Below, one piece after another: positions 9,182 through 18,889 of a stretch of 64,000 nt of DNA. Origin of the DNA: Abditibacterium sp. (GTDB taxonomy: Bacteria > Armatimonadota > Abditibacteriia > Abditibacteriales > Abditibacteriaceae); the NCBI GenBank assembly GCA_965199495.1, contig CBDASK010000003.1, forward strand, positions 1,792,001 to 1,856,000, given 5' to 3'. A model generated the notes under the pieces. It worked only from the letters and a program-made list of their open reading frames with translations, made no database searches and was not told where the DNA came from. Both the position numbers and the translations under genes were made by a program. Numbering within the stretch: position 1 is the first letter of the stretch; each line of letters opens with the position of its first letter.

Positions 9182-11208
9182 TTTTTTGCGCCGGTTTTCG
9201 CGGCATCGAAGAAGATGGCGCTCAGTGCCGCGTTGCTTTTGCTCTGATTTATCACGCGCAATTTGACGTGCCCCTGCACATTCCACCCGTAATAAACGCC
9301 TTCGTCAAAGCCGTTCAGGTTGCGCTTATCCAACAGCGCGTCGGTCGCGGCGTCGCGTACTTCGACGGTTTGATCGCGCCCGTTTCTGTCCCAATCGAGC
9401 GCGTAAAGCGCGATTTGGTGCATTTGGCCGTCGGTCAAATTGAAGTCAAATTCGACGGAATCGCCGCCGATTTGCGCCGCGATGCGTTCGTTATCGTTCG
9501 CCTTTTGTAGTGCGCGCCCATCGTCCGTCTCCTGTGCCCACGAATACGTCCAGCCCTTCGTTGTCACCGTTCCATACGTCGGAGCTTTGGCCGCGCCGCT
9601 ATTGTCGTTGAAAATCGTGGCGCCCTGCGCGCCGTAAACGCCCTTCCAGTTGCCCTGCGTTTTGGTATCCGCCCCGACAAAATGCGCGAACGTCGCGTTT
9701 TTGTCGGGCGATTCCCTCGCCGTCAGGCTCACTAAATTGTAGCCGCCGCTCTCCTGAACCCATTTCAAAACGTGGTCGCCGCTCGAAAGCACCACGGGTT
9801 TGGGCGCTTTCACCGTCACGGTTTTGCCGCCGGTCGCGGGCACAGCCAGCGTGCCGGTCAAGTCGCGCCCGCTTTCGTCTTCGAGATGAAACTTGCCGCT
9901 CGATTTGGGCGCCTTGACGATAAAACTAAAATCATAAGTGCCGCCGGTCGGCACATTCACCGAATATTTATACCATTGCCCCGCGCTCGTCGCGCCGACG
10001 CTTTTGCCATCTGTCGCGCCGCTATTATCGGCGCGATAGCCGGTCAATTTCGCCGCCACCATTTGATGAAACGCGACATTGGCGCCGCCTTTGTCGTAAT
10101 CCGCCGCCCGAATTGTGCCGGGCAAACTCGCGTTTTTGAATGGCTCCAGACCGCCCCCGCTCAGGTAAACGCGGCTGTAATCCCACTCGAAAAATTTGTC
10201 TTTGAGAAGCGCCGCGTCCATCGTTTTATTCACGCTGCCAATTTGGTTATGGCCCCAGCCGCCGTCGAACAGAAAGCTCATATCAATCGGTTCGTCGTCT
10301 TTTTTGTTGCCGAAAGTCCACCAGTAATCGGCGCCCTGCTGGATGAGCTTGCCGTCCACATACATCGCAAAGCTGTTGTCGGCGCGATAGAGCCACGTCC
10401 AAACATGATACTGCGACCCATCGAAATCCGAAATGCCGCGCTCTTTCATGGTGCCACCCCAATCCCAGAAATTCCACGCGTCCTTGCTCGGCTCGGCGAC
10501 CGAATTGGAATGAAAAAAGCGACCGTCGAAGTTGGTATTGCCGCCGCCGTTATCATAGCCGAAACTCTCGACCAAATCGTGTTCGGCGCCCTGAGCGTGC
10601 CCGTCCCATTTCCACTTGTTGCCCGCCGTCCAAATCGCGAACCAAAAATAAGGCGGCGTCACATAACGCGCTCGCGTTTCCCACACGATGTCGCGCCCCA
10701 ACAACGAGCCGCCCCTTGGCAATTTCCATTTCGCCATAAACGAACCGTTGCCGACGTTGTGTTGAACCGGCGAAACCTGCGTCGCGCCATCGAGCGGCGT
10801 CAAATAGGTGACCAACGAATCGGCGGTGAACTGGCGCGTAGGCGCGCTATTGACGCCTTCGACGGGTTGACCGCCAATCGCCGTGGCTGCATCGGGCGCG
10901 ACGGTGTTCGAGCCATAGTTGCCGCCGTTATTAAAGGTGCCGAACTGATCGTGATAGAAAAAATTGGCGCTCATATCGGCGATATTTCGGATGGTGCCAT
11001 TGGCGCCGAAATCCCAATTTTTCACCAAAACCATCTTATCGCCACCCAATTGATAAGAGGGCGCGGGGCCAACCGCCGGATTGGTCACCGTGCCCTCGCC
11101 AATTGTCGCGGGCGCCTTGCCCTGCGCATTGACGTGCGGCACGGCGCAACCGGCCAAGGTTCCAAACAGAAAAAAGAGAGTTCTACGCGCGAAAATTTGA
11201 GTTTTCAT
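9178..11208 (-). CDS. Secreted divergent GH16-like glycoside hydrolase with CBM6 and a C-terminal beta-sandwich domain
   Basis: Signal peptide; FWFAIW followed by EHDLVE (ExDxxE); LPGTIRAADYDKGG...GQWYKYSVNV CBM6-like segment. Confidence 0.7.
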   Translation of the reverse strand: MKTQIFARRTLFFLFGTLAGCAVPHVNAQGKAPATIGEGTVTNPAVGPAPSYQLGGDKMVLVKNWDFGANGTIRNIADMSANFFYHDQFGTFNNGGNYGSNTVAPDAATAIGGQPVEGVNSAPTRQFTADSLVTYLTPLDGATQVSPVQHNVGNGSFMAKWKLPRGGSLLGRDIVWETRARYVTPPYFWFAIWTAGNKWKWDGHAQGAEHDLVESFGYDNGGGNTNFDGRFFHSNSVAEPSKDAWNFWDWGGTMKERGISDFDGSQYHVWTWLYRADNSFAMYVDGKLIQQGADYWWTFGNKKDDEPIDMSFLFDGGWGHNQIGSVNKTMDAALLKDKFFEWDYSRVYLSGGGLEPFKNASLPGTIRAADYDKGGANVAFHQMVAAKLTGYRADNSGATDGKSVGATSAGQWYKYSVNVPTGGTYDFSFIVKAPKSSGKFHLEDESGRDLTGTLAVPATGGKTVTVKAPKPVVLSSGDHVLKWVQESGGYNLVSLTARESPDKNATFAHFVGADTKTQGNWKGVYGAQGATIFNDNSGAAKAPTYGTVTTKGWTYSWAQETDDGRALQKANDNERIAAQIGGDSVEFDFNLTDGQMHQIALYALDWDRNGRDQTVEVRDAATDALLDKRNLNGFDEGVYYGWNVQGHVKLRVINQSKSNAALSAIFFDAAKTGAKN

Positions 11209-11382
11209 GGTGCCGTAATTTGAACAAGAGAAACGCAGCAGAGTTTCTCCTATGCGCCCCTTCAGTCCCCATTTCAAAATTTCACGGAGTTTACGCGGAA
11301 CTTATATTGATATTAGGTTTCTAAAGTTCGAGCGGCTTACAAATTGATGATAACAAATGAAGATTTTGCAAGAGCCGCAGCG

Positions 11383-13944
11383 ATGATGCAAACCACTCAA
11401 AAAATTCTGTTACTGGCCTTGTTCGCGATAGGCGGCGGGACTTCGATGAAGAGCGCGCTTGCGGCGCCGCGCCGTGCGAGCGGTGCCCAGACCAAACGGG
11501 CGAAGGCCAACGAAAAAACGCCCGCAGTCGGCGGCGAACTGCGACTGATTAACGCCAAAGACGAGGCGTTGTTTTCGGCGCTCAGGCATACCGATGTCAA
11601 AGCCCAAATTTCGGGCGGCATCGTTTTGGTCACCGTCGAGCAACAGTTTTCCAATCCATCGAAGGTGCCGGTCGAGGCGGTTTATACCTTTCCCCTGCCC
11701 GACGATGCCGCCGTCAACGCGATGGAATTTCGCGTCGGCAACCGGCGCATCGTCGGCGAAATCAAGCGCCGCGAAGAGGCACGCCAGATTTACGACCAAG
11801 CCAAAAGCGAGGGCAAACGCACGGCATTGCTCGATCAGGAGCGGCCCAATGTCTTCACGCAATCGGTCGCCAACGTCATGCCGGGCGACGATTTACGCGT
11901 CCGAATTTCGTTCGTGCAACGCCTGAAATACAAAGGTGGCGCCTACGAATGGGCATTTCCAACCGTCGTCGGGCCGCGCTATGCGGCGAGTGGCGGCTAC
12001 GCCCAAACCGGACAGCGTGGCGTCGGCGTGGCTGCTAATGTCACGCCGCCGATTGCGCCGCCGCCCACGCGTTCGGGCCATGATCTGTCGCTGAGCGTGG
12101 GCATTGACGCGGGCGTGCCGATTACGAGCATTCGCTCCGAGTTGCATCCGATTGACGTTCGCAAAAACGGCGCGCGCGCGACGGTAAAATTGAAAGACGA
12201 AAACACTCTGCCCAACCGCGATTTCATTTTGCGTTACGCGGTCGCGGGCGGCGAAATCCAGAGCGGTGTGCTATTGCAACGCGACGGCAAAGGCGGCTAT
12301 TTCTCGCTCGTGATGCAGCCACCGGCACGGCCCAAGTCCGACCAGATTTCGCCGCGCGAACTGGTTTTCGTGGTTGACCAGACCGGTTCGCAAGGCGGTT
12401 GGCCCATCGAAAAAGCCAAAGAAACCATGCGTTACGCCTTGGATAAATTGCGGGCGGGCGATACCTTTCAGGTGCTGGGATTTAATACCGGCGTCTATCC
12501 GTGTTTCGATAAACCGGTGAAGCCGACCGCCGCGAATCTGAAAAAGGCGCGCGCTTTCATCAATGGTTTGCAAGCGCAGGGCGGCACGGATATTTTGCAG
12601 GCGTTACAGGCCGCGCTCAAAATTCCGCTCGACCGCGACCGCCTGCGCGTCGTGGTTTATCTGACCGATGGCTTCGTGAATAACGATATGACCGTGGTGG
12701 ATTATCTGCGCAAAAATCGCGGCACCACGCGCGTTTTTACCTTTGGCATGGGCAACAGCGTCAATCGGTTTTTATTGGACAACATGGCGCGCGAAGGGCG
12801 CGGCGAAGCCGAATACGTCACGGTTGATCCGCAGGGAACGCGGCCCGATAACGCGGACGAAGCGCAAGATGCCGTCGCGCGATTTTACCAGAAAATCGCG
12901 ACGCCGGTTTTGATCGATCCGCAGGTTGATTGGGGGAATTTGCCCGTCACAGATATGCAGCCGCAGATTATTCCCGATGTGTTCGAGAACGGGCCAGTCG
13001 TGGTGACGGGCCGCTTTTCCAAACCCGCCAAAGGCACGGTTATGCTGCGCGGCTGGGCCGGAGGCAAGCGCGTGACTCAGCGCGTGGCTGTGGATTTTGG
13101 CGCCGCGAAAGCCGATAATCCGGCGCTCGAAGCGTTGTGGGCGCGCGAGAAAATCGAGCAATTGCAAGCGCAAGATTATCAGGGCGCGCAGAATAACAAT
13201 CCCGATGCGAAAATCAAAGAGCAGATCGTGCAGACCGCGCTCGATCACCATTTGATGTCGCAGTGGACGAGCTTTGTCGCCGTCGAGCAGCGCGTCGTCA
13301 ACCCCGGCGGCCAAAACGCCAAAAACGATGTGCCCGTCGAAGTGCCCGATGGCGTGGATTACGAAAAGGCGACCGGATTGTCCGCGCCCCCAACCAATCC
13401 GTCGCTGCGTTACGGTTTGAGTTCCAACGGTTCGCGTTTCGCAGCGCGGCCCGGCGACCCGTTGATTCGGATTTTCGCGCCCCAAACCGCGCGTCGCGTC
13501 GTGGCGATCTTGCCCGATGGACAAATTCTGCCGCTCACATGGAACATCCAAACCAAAGCGTGGGAAGCGCGCTTCGATGTGCCCGGCTACGTCGCCGATG
13601 GCGCCTATCGCGTCGCGGTTCTTATCGAAAACGGCGAGGGCAAACGCTCGCGGTTCGAGCTGATTTATCAAGTCGACACCAAAAGTCCGAGCGGCGACGC
13701 GGGCATTCAGGTGATCGGCGGACGCGTTCAATTGCAGTTGGCGGCGGGCGCCGACGTGCAACGCGTCACGGCGATTACTCCGTGGAATCAGCGCGTCGAA
13801 TTGAAGCGCGGCACGCTCGCTTCGGCGTGGAGCGGCGCCGTCGAAGTGCCGCAAAACTGGCAGGGCACCGCCGCGCAGGTGCGGTTTGTCTTGACCGACG
13901 CGGCGCATAATCGCACGACAATCGAAGTGGATTGGAGCCGGTAA
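11383..13944 (+). CDS. Secreted VIT + vWA domain protein with C-terminal extension
   Basis: EAVYTFPLPDDAAV (VIT); DQTGSQ MIDAS-like, GGTDI and LTDG (vWA). Confidence 0.9.
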   Translation: MMQTTQKILLLALFAIGGGTSMKSALAAPRRASGAQTKRAKANEKTPAVGGELRLINAKDEALFSALRHTDVKAQISGGIVLVTVEQQFSNPSKVPVEAVYTFPLPDDAAVNAMEFRVGNRRIVGEIKRREEARQIYDQAKSEGKRTALLDQERPNVFTQSVANVMPGDDLRVRISFVQRLKYKGGAYEWAFPTVVGPRYAASGGYAQTGQRGVGVAANVTPPIAPPPTRSGHDLSLSVGIDAGVPITSIRSELHPIDVRKNGARATVKLKDENTLPNRDFILRYAVAGGEIQSGVLLQRDGKGGYFSLVMQPPARPKSDQISPRELVFVVDQTGSQGGWPIEKAKETMRYALDKLRAGDTFQVLGFNTGVYPCFDKPVKPTAANLKKARAFINGLQAQGGTDILQALQAALKIPLDRDRLRVVVYLTDGFVNNDMTVVDYLRKNRGTTRVFTFGMGNSVNRFLLDNMAREGRGEAEYVTVDPQGTRPDNADEAQDAVARFYQKIATPVLIDPQVDWGNLPVTDMQPQIIPDVFENGPVVVTGRFSKPAKGTVMLRGWAGGKRVTQRVAVDFGAAKADNPALEALWAREKIEQLQAQDYQGAQNNNPDAKIKEQIVQTALDHHLMSQWTSFVAVEQRVVNPGGQNAKNDVPVEVPDGVDYEKATGLSAPPTNPSLRYGLSSNGSRFAARPGDPLIRIFAPQTARRVVAILPDGQILPLTWNIQTKAWEARFDVPGYVADGAYRVAVLIENGEGKRSRFELIYQVDTKSPSGDAGIQVIGGRVQLQLAAGADVQRVTAITPWNQRVELKRGTLASAWSGAVEVPQNWQGTAAQVRFVLTDAAHNRTTIEVDWSR

Positions 13945-14006
13945 AATCGCCAGCGCGAGTTCATTAAAACTCTGGCATACGTCATTTTTGAGCGTGATTT
14001 TAAGTG

Positions 14007-14114
14007 CGCGCTCTGTAGAGCAGCGAGGCTGACGCACCCTTCCAATCGGTGAACTTTTCTTCGAGCAAATACCGATTGGAAGGGTGCGTCAGCCCCGCTG
14101 TTCTACAGAGCGCG
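14007..14114. repeat. Palindromic element, family B (GGGGCTGACGCCCTCTTCCAATCGG core)
   Basis: Near-perfect inverted repeat; core shared with copies at 30322, 39805 and 44504. Confidence 0.8.
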
Positions 14115-14160
14115 GTCTGAGGCAAGAGGTCTATTGTAAATTCAGGGACGAGCTTTAATT

Positions 14161-15711
14161 ATGTTTCGCATTTTTCGTATTTCTATTTTGCCGTTGTTGT
14201 TCGTCGCATTGGCGGTGGCTTCGTGCCGCAACATCGAAACGCCCAACGCTTCGGCGCCCGCGCCGATTTACGCGCCGATGGTTGAGCCAACTCAAAACGC
14301 GATTTTCACCGCGACGAACGAAGTTCGCGCGCTCGATTGGGACGGCACGGCGCTTTGGGCAGCCACGGCGGGCGGCGTGTTGCGCATCGAAGGCGAGAAA
14401 ACAACCAAATGGACGCGCCAAAACGGTTTGCCCTCGAACGAAGCGTTCGATTTAGAACGCGAAAACGGAAATTTAGTCGCGCGTTTTCCGACGGCGCGCG
14501 CCATGTGGAATGGGCAAAATTGGGATTCGCAAAATGCAGCCGAATGGCAAAAACGCGCGCCAACGGTCGAATGGAACGGTCGAAAAATCACGGCAAATTT
14601 GGACATTTTGCAAATCGGCAACGAGAAATTCGATCTGCCACCGCAGGCGAGCGGCACGCATATTTCGGCGCTTTTGCCGCGCGAAAAGTTTTTACTCGTC
14701 GCGGTTTTCGGCGATGGTTTATGGCAATTCGACGGCAAAACATGGACGCGCGGGCCGCTCGTCCCCGACGATGCGCGCGAGATTTTATCGTTGGCGGGCG
14801 ATAACAAAACGCTGTTTTTAGGCACGCGCCGCAACGGCATTTTCGAGCGCGACGGCGCGATTTGGAAACCGTTAAAATCGGATGATGAACCGTTCGGCCA
14901 TAACGTGCAAAATTTGGCCGAATTTGACGGAGTGTTGTGGACTTCGACTTTAGACGACGGTTTAATTGCGCGGACGGGAAAAGGTTGGCGACACGTTTCG
15001 CCGCCGCAGATTTCATCGAGCGCGCCGCGTCAAATGCTGAATTGGCGTGACAAATTATACGTGCGTCACGGCAACGGAATTGTGGACGCGTTCGATGGCG
15101 CGAATTGGGAAAAAGACGCGCTCAAATCCATTCCGCGTCGCGGCGTTTACGCGCTCGCGGGCGACGATAAACATTTGCTGGCGGCAGGTTGGGGCGGTTG
15201 GAGCGAATGGGACGGCCAAAATTGGATGCCGCATTATGATTTGCCCGCATTGAAAGGCGTGCCGATCATGAATTTGGCGATGCAGGGCGATGACGTTTGG
15301 GTTGGCACGCAAAGTCGCGGCGTGGCAAAATGGACGAGCGCGACAAACCAAATTAAGTTTTTCGACGAACGCGACGGCCTCAACGACGATTGGATTACCG
15401 CGCTTTTAGTGGATGGCGAGCGCGTCTGGGCCGGAACGTTCGTCGGAGGTTTGCACGTTTACGAAGACGGCAAATGGCGCGCGTTCGAGGAAACCAAAGG
15501 CGAAAATATCACGGCAATTGTATCGGATAAAAGCGGCGGCGTTTGGGCAACCACGCGCCGTGGCTTGTTGAGCGCGCGCGGCGAAACCGCCGAGAAAGTC
15601 AGCGAAAGTTGGCTCGATGACGAACAGCAAGCGTTATGCACCGACGAAAATGGGTTGTGGATTGGTGCGCGCACGAGCCTGAATTATTTAATTACTCGCC
15701 CAAAGAGTTGA
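14161..15711 (+). CDS. Beta-propeller lipoprotein (two-component regulator propeller-like repeats)
   Basis: VASC lipobox; repeated LWxGT/AT-xxG and GLPSN/GLNDDWITAL units. Confidence 0.8.
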   Translation: MFRIFRISILPLLFVALAVASCRNIETPNASAPAPIYAPMVEPTQNAIFTATNEVRALDWDGTALWAATAGGVLRIEGEKTTKWTRQNGLPSNEAFDLERENGNLVARFPTARAMWNGQNWDSQNAAEWQKRAPTVEWNGRKITANLDILQIGNEKFDLPPQASGTHISALLPREKFLLVAVFGDGLWQFDGKTWTRGPLVPDDAREILSLAGDNKTLFLGTRRNGIFERDGAIWKPLKSDDEPFGHNVQNLAEFDGVLWTSTLDDGLIARTGKGWRHVSPPQISSSAPRQMLNWRDKLYVRHGNGIVDAFDGANWEKDALKSIPRRGVYALAGDDKHLLAAGWGGWSEWDGQNWMPHYDLPALKGVPIMNLAMQGDDVWVGTQSRGVAKWTSATNQIKFFDERDGLNDDWITALLVDGERVWAGTFVGGLHVYEDGKWRAFEETKGENITAIVSDKSGGVWATTRRGLLSARGETAEKVSESWLDDEQQALCTDENGLWIGARTSLNYLITRPKS

Positions 15712-16486
15712 CGCGTTGACGCGCCAGAATCACCCATTTCTCGTCGGCTTCGATTCCGATAAAGCGTCGTTTCAACTTTTGCGCCGCAACCAAACTCGAA
15801 CCCGAACCGCAAAATGGATCGAGAACTACGTCATCAACGCGCGACGAAGACGCGATAATCCGCTCCAAAACCGCCAAAGGTTTTTGCGTCGGATGCCCAA
15901 CTTTTTCTTTTGACGAACCTTTAAGCGACGGCACGCGCCACAAATTGGTGGCAAACTTACCTTTTTCGAGATATTCGCGCCGCTTTTCTTTATCCAAATA
16001 ACGCCGATCGCGCAGATACCGCGCGCGCGTGGTTGCATCGTAAGGCTCGCGCACCGCGTCTTTATCGAAACGCGGCGGCGCGCCGGATTGCTTCAAAACT
16101 AAAATTTGCTCGTAAGCCGGAGAAAACGAATCGCGCCTGTCATAACCGACGGCGCGATCCCAAACAATCAAATCGTGAAACTCGAACTCGGCAGTTGCCC
16201 GCGACATCAAATGCAACCAAACGTGTTCGCGTCTGCCAACTTGCCCGAAGATGTAGCACAATCCGCCCGGCACCAAAGTCCGCATCGCCAGACGCAGCCA
16301 CGTCGCCGACCAATCGAGATAAGCCGCTTCGTCAGGCCATTGGTTGTCCCAACTTTCCTTCAAAACGCGAAAATAAGGCGGATCGGCGACGATCAATCCA
16401 ACCGACGCGGATGGCAAATTCGGCAAAACGTCGAGACAATCGCCGTGATGAATGATATTAATTGTCTTCGTCCAAAAGCGCCGCAA
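15692..16486 (-). CDS. Orphan site-specific DNA amino-methyltransferase (beta class, N4C/N6A)
   Basis: GDCL, DPPY (motif IV), HPTQKP and LDPFCGSG (motif I) in beta order; start codon uncertain, overlaps the ParE gene. Confidence 0.9.
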   Translation of the reverse strand: MRRFWTKTINIIHHGDCLDVLPNLPSASVGLIVADPPYFRVLKESWDNQWPDEAAYLDWSATWLRLAMRTLVPGGLCYIFGQVGRREHVWLHLMSRATAEFEFHDLIVWDRAVGYDRRDSFSPAYEQILVLKQSGAPPRFDKDAVREPYDATTRARYLRDRRYLDKEKRREYLEKGKFATNLWRVPSLKGSSKEKVGHPTQKPLAVLERIIASSSRVDDVVLDPFCGSGSSLVAAQKLKRRFIGIEADEKWVILARQRVNSLGE

Positions 16487-16757
16487 TATGGCGCGCGCCG
16501 CTTAAAACGCGCACAATTTCAATTCTTTCTTCGGTCGACTGATAGAAAATCAAGAAGCCCCCAACGGCAAAACTGCCCAAACCTTCGCGCAACTCGCTTC
16601 TCTGTTGCCCAGAATTTGGAATTGATTGGAACATCTGAAATTGGTTGGTGATCGCATCAATCAAACGGCCAGCAACTTCTGCATCACAAGATGCAACAGA
16701 AGTCCAGATGTCGTCCAAATCTGTTTCGGCATCAGGCGAGACAAAGAGCAAAAGCAT
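16458..16757 (-). CDS. parE: RelE/ParE family toxin
   Basis: SPDAETDLDDIW...PNSG..R.EL...LIFY...IEIVRVLSGAR. Confidence 0.85.
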   Translation of the reverse strand: MLLLFVSPDAETDLDDIWTSVASCDAEVAGRLIDAITNQFQMFQSIPNSGQQRSELREGLGSFAVGGFLIFYQSTEERIEIVRVLSGARHIAALLDEDN

Positions 16758-17047
16758 TAGTGCGCACCCACTTTGTTGTCGTTTGCCAAACGCGCACGAC
16801 CTCTACTTTTGATTTCTTCAGCTAACTCCGCCGCCGAATTATAGCGGATTCCTTCGCCGCGCTCCAGCGAATCAATGCCTTTCTGAATTTCGGCGCGCAA
16901 TTCGTTGAGGCGAATCTCGCGCAACTGATCTTGCTCGCGCACCAAACGCAAGCCCTCGCGCACAACTTCCGAAGCCGAATTGTAAAGTCCGCTCTTGACC
17001 TTTTCGGCCACCATCGCCTCAAGTTCGGGCGTTAATGAAACGTTCAT
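16757..17047 (-). CDS. parD: ParD family antitoxin
   Basis: MNVSLTPELE...VKSGLYNSASEVVREGLR signature; stop overlaps the ParE start. Confidence 0.9.
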   Translation of the reverse strand: MNVSLTPELEAMVAEKVKSGLYNSASEVVREGLRLVREQDQLREIRLNELRAEIQKGIDSLERGEGIRYNSAAELAEEIKSRGRARLANDNKVGAH

Positions 17048-17057
17048 AAACTCAATT

Positions 17058-18596
17058 TTACGAATTATCGAGATCGATGTCAATCTTTGTTATGGCCAAA
17101 TTCGCAAAATACCGATTGATAAGTTGCAAAATTTTGCTTTCTTCGTCATTTATTGAACCATCCATCTGCGCAATATTGCGCGCTTGAACCGCGACGTATT
17201 CGACGAACTCACCGTCGAGTTGCGGCAACAATTCTTCCAAAGATTTCGGCGACTCCAAACCGCTCTCGATTGTTTCAATCGAAGCGTCGCTAAAATCCAT
17301 TTCGCGCAGTGCGGCCAATAATTTCGCTTTATCGGTTGCAGGCCGACCCGCCAAAACGACGTGCAACAAAACCTGATCGGCGATTTGTTTCTGTGTTGCC
17401 GAGCTTTCGAGATAAAGTTCCGTGTCTCGCTTAACGAATTTCATCGCTTCGTCAGTGGCACCGACGTTCAAGCGTTTTTCATAGAAGCTGCACGCTGCGT
17501 TGCCCAGCGCATAAATAATGGCGGCGTTGGCCGTGGCTCCTATCGCCGCGCCCATCAATGGCACGTTGCGCAAAACGCCCAATCCGATTTTCTCGACCGG
17601 AACTTTGGTGACGGCGTTCAAACCTTTGGCCGCCAATTCCGAATTGCGAAACAGTTCCAGTCCGGCTTTGCCCGCTTTGTTGCCGCCCAGAACGCAACCG
17701 AAAACCGCCAACATTTCGCCTTTGCGCGCGGGATCGTCCAAATCCAAACCATAAACCGCCGCGATTTGCAACACGAGTTCAGCCTGCAACAGCGAAGTCG
17801 CCGCCACATCGAGCGCGAGCATCGGAATGGCGAGACCGGGCAAACTCGTCGAAAGCCCGACGCCGCCCGCATAAAGCGCCTTTTGCGTAATCAAACGCCG
17901 CGCGATTTGCCGATTCGATTCAGCGGGAAACTCGTTTTTAAGATTCGCCACAACCCGCGCGGCTTTTTCGAGATCGACGTGGCTGCTGATGTCGAGCCAC
18001 TGCTCCAAATTAAACGCCTTCGCCACGCGCCGCAACGGCGAATGATTGGTAATTGACTCGGTAATATTTCCTGCTCGCTCGGTCAACCCGACCAGCAGCG
18101 GCATCGCGCGTTCATCGACAGTTTCGCGCGTTTTGGCGCCGACGCTGCCCGCGATTTCGCCGACCGCGCCATAAGCATTGACGGCTGTATCGGCGACAAA
18201 ATGCCCCGAAGTCGCCGCCGCTCCGCCAATCGCCGACGCCAAATCGCCCGCCTTATCTTTCGCCGCGCCAGCAGCAGCCACGGCGCCGCTGGGCACGCGT
18301 TGCAACCAACTTAATTCGGCTTCATCGTCGCGCACGATGTGCGCAAGCGGCAACGGCGCCAAAGAATAAGTCGTGCCGTTATCTAAACTTTCTTCGATCT
18401 CTTTCGCCGAAGCCGTCTGCAAAAACTGCTGCACCGCCGTTTGCAATTCCGCCCGCGCTTCGACTTCGCCCTCGGCGCGCACGGAAATATCGAGTTCAGG
18501 GCAAGTCGCTTCCCAAAACGTTCTGCGCCATTTCGTGCCGCGATGAACAAGCGCCGTCAGAGCCAGAGAATCGAGGGGAACAATCGCGTCATCCAT
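17058..18596 (-). CDS. Multidomain protein: HicB-like N-terminus, EcsC/DUF697-like core, TerB-like C-terminus
   Basis: N-term CPELDI motif; LVLQIAAVYGLDL and VPLMGAAIGATAN (EcsC-like); IAQMDGSINDEE (TerB-like). Confidence 0.65.
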   Translation of the reverse strand: MDDAIVPLDSLALTALVHRGTKWRRTFWEATCPELDISVRAEGEVEARAELQTAVQQFLQTASAKEIEESLDNGTTYSLAPLPLAHIVRDDEAELSWLQRVPSGAVAAAGAAKDKAGDLASAIGGAAATSGHFVADTAVNAYGAVGEIAGSVGAKTRETVDERAMPLLVGLTERAGNITESITNHSPLRRVAKAFNLEQWLDISSHVDLEKAARVVANLKNEFPAESNRQIARRLITQKALYAGGVGLSTSLPGLAIPMLALDVAATSLLQAELVLQIAAVYGLDLDDPARKGEMLAVFGCVLGGNKAGKAGLELFRNSELAAKGLNAVTKVPVEKIGLGVLRNVPLMGAAIGATANAAIIYALGNAACSFYEKRLNVGATDEAMKFVKRDTELYLESSATQKQIADQVLLHVVLAGRPATDKAKLLAALREMDFSDASIETIESGLESPKSLEELLPQLDGEFVEYVAVQARNIAQMDGSINDEESKILQLINRYFANLAITKIDIDLDNS

Positions 18597-18657
18597 GAGC
18601 CAAATTTAACCGAGCCGCGCGCAAAAAAGCCCGCCTCGAAAGAGACTGGCTTTTTCA

Positions 18658-18870
18658 TCAAGCATCGGCCAAACACGCTTTGATTTCGGCGGGCGAAGCA
18701 ATTTCCAAGAAACCTTCGACCGCTTCCGAAAGCATAACTCGCGCTTCGTCGGCGTTAAAGCCTTGAGAAGCCACGCCGAGTTCGGGGCAGAGCGCCACCC
18801 AAACAGGCGAACCGTCGGAGAGTTTCTCTTTGTGAACGAGCGCGGAGAGCGGCGGAATTGTGAGTGTCAT
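18658..18870 (-). CDS. HicB-like small protein
   Basis: WVALCPELGVASQG...EARVMLSEAVEGFLE. Confidence 0.8.
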   Translation of the reverse strand: MTLTIPPLSALVHKEKLSDGSPVWVALCPELGVASQGFNADEARVMLSEAVEGFLEIASPAEIKACLADA

Positions 18871-18889
18871 CTTAGCTGAGATTTTGATA

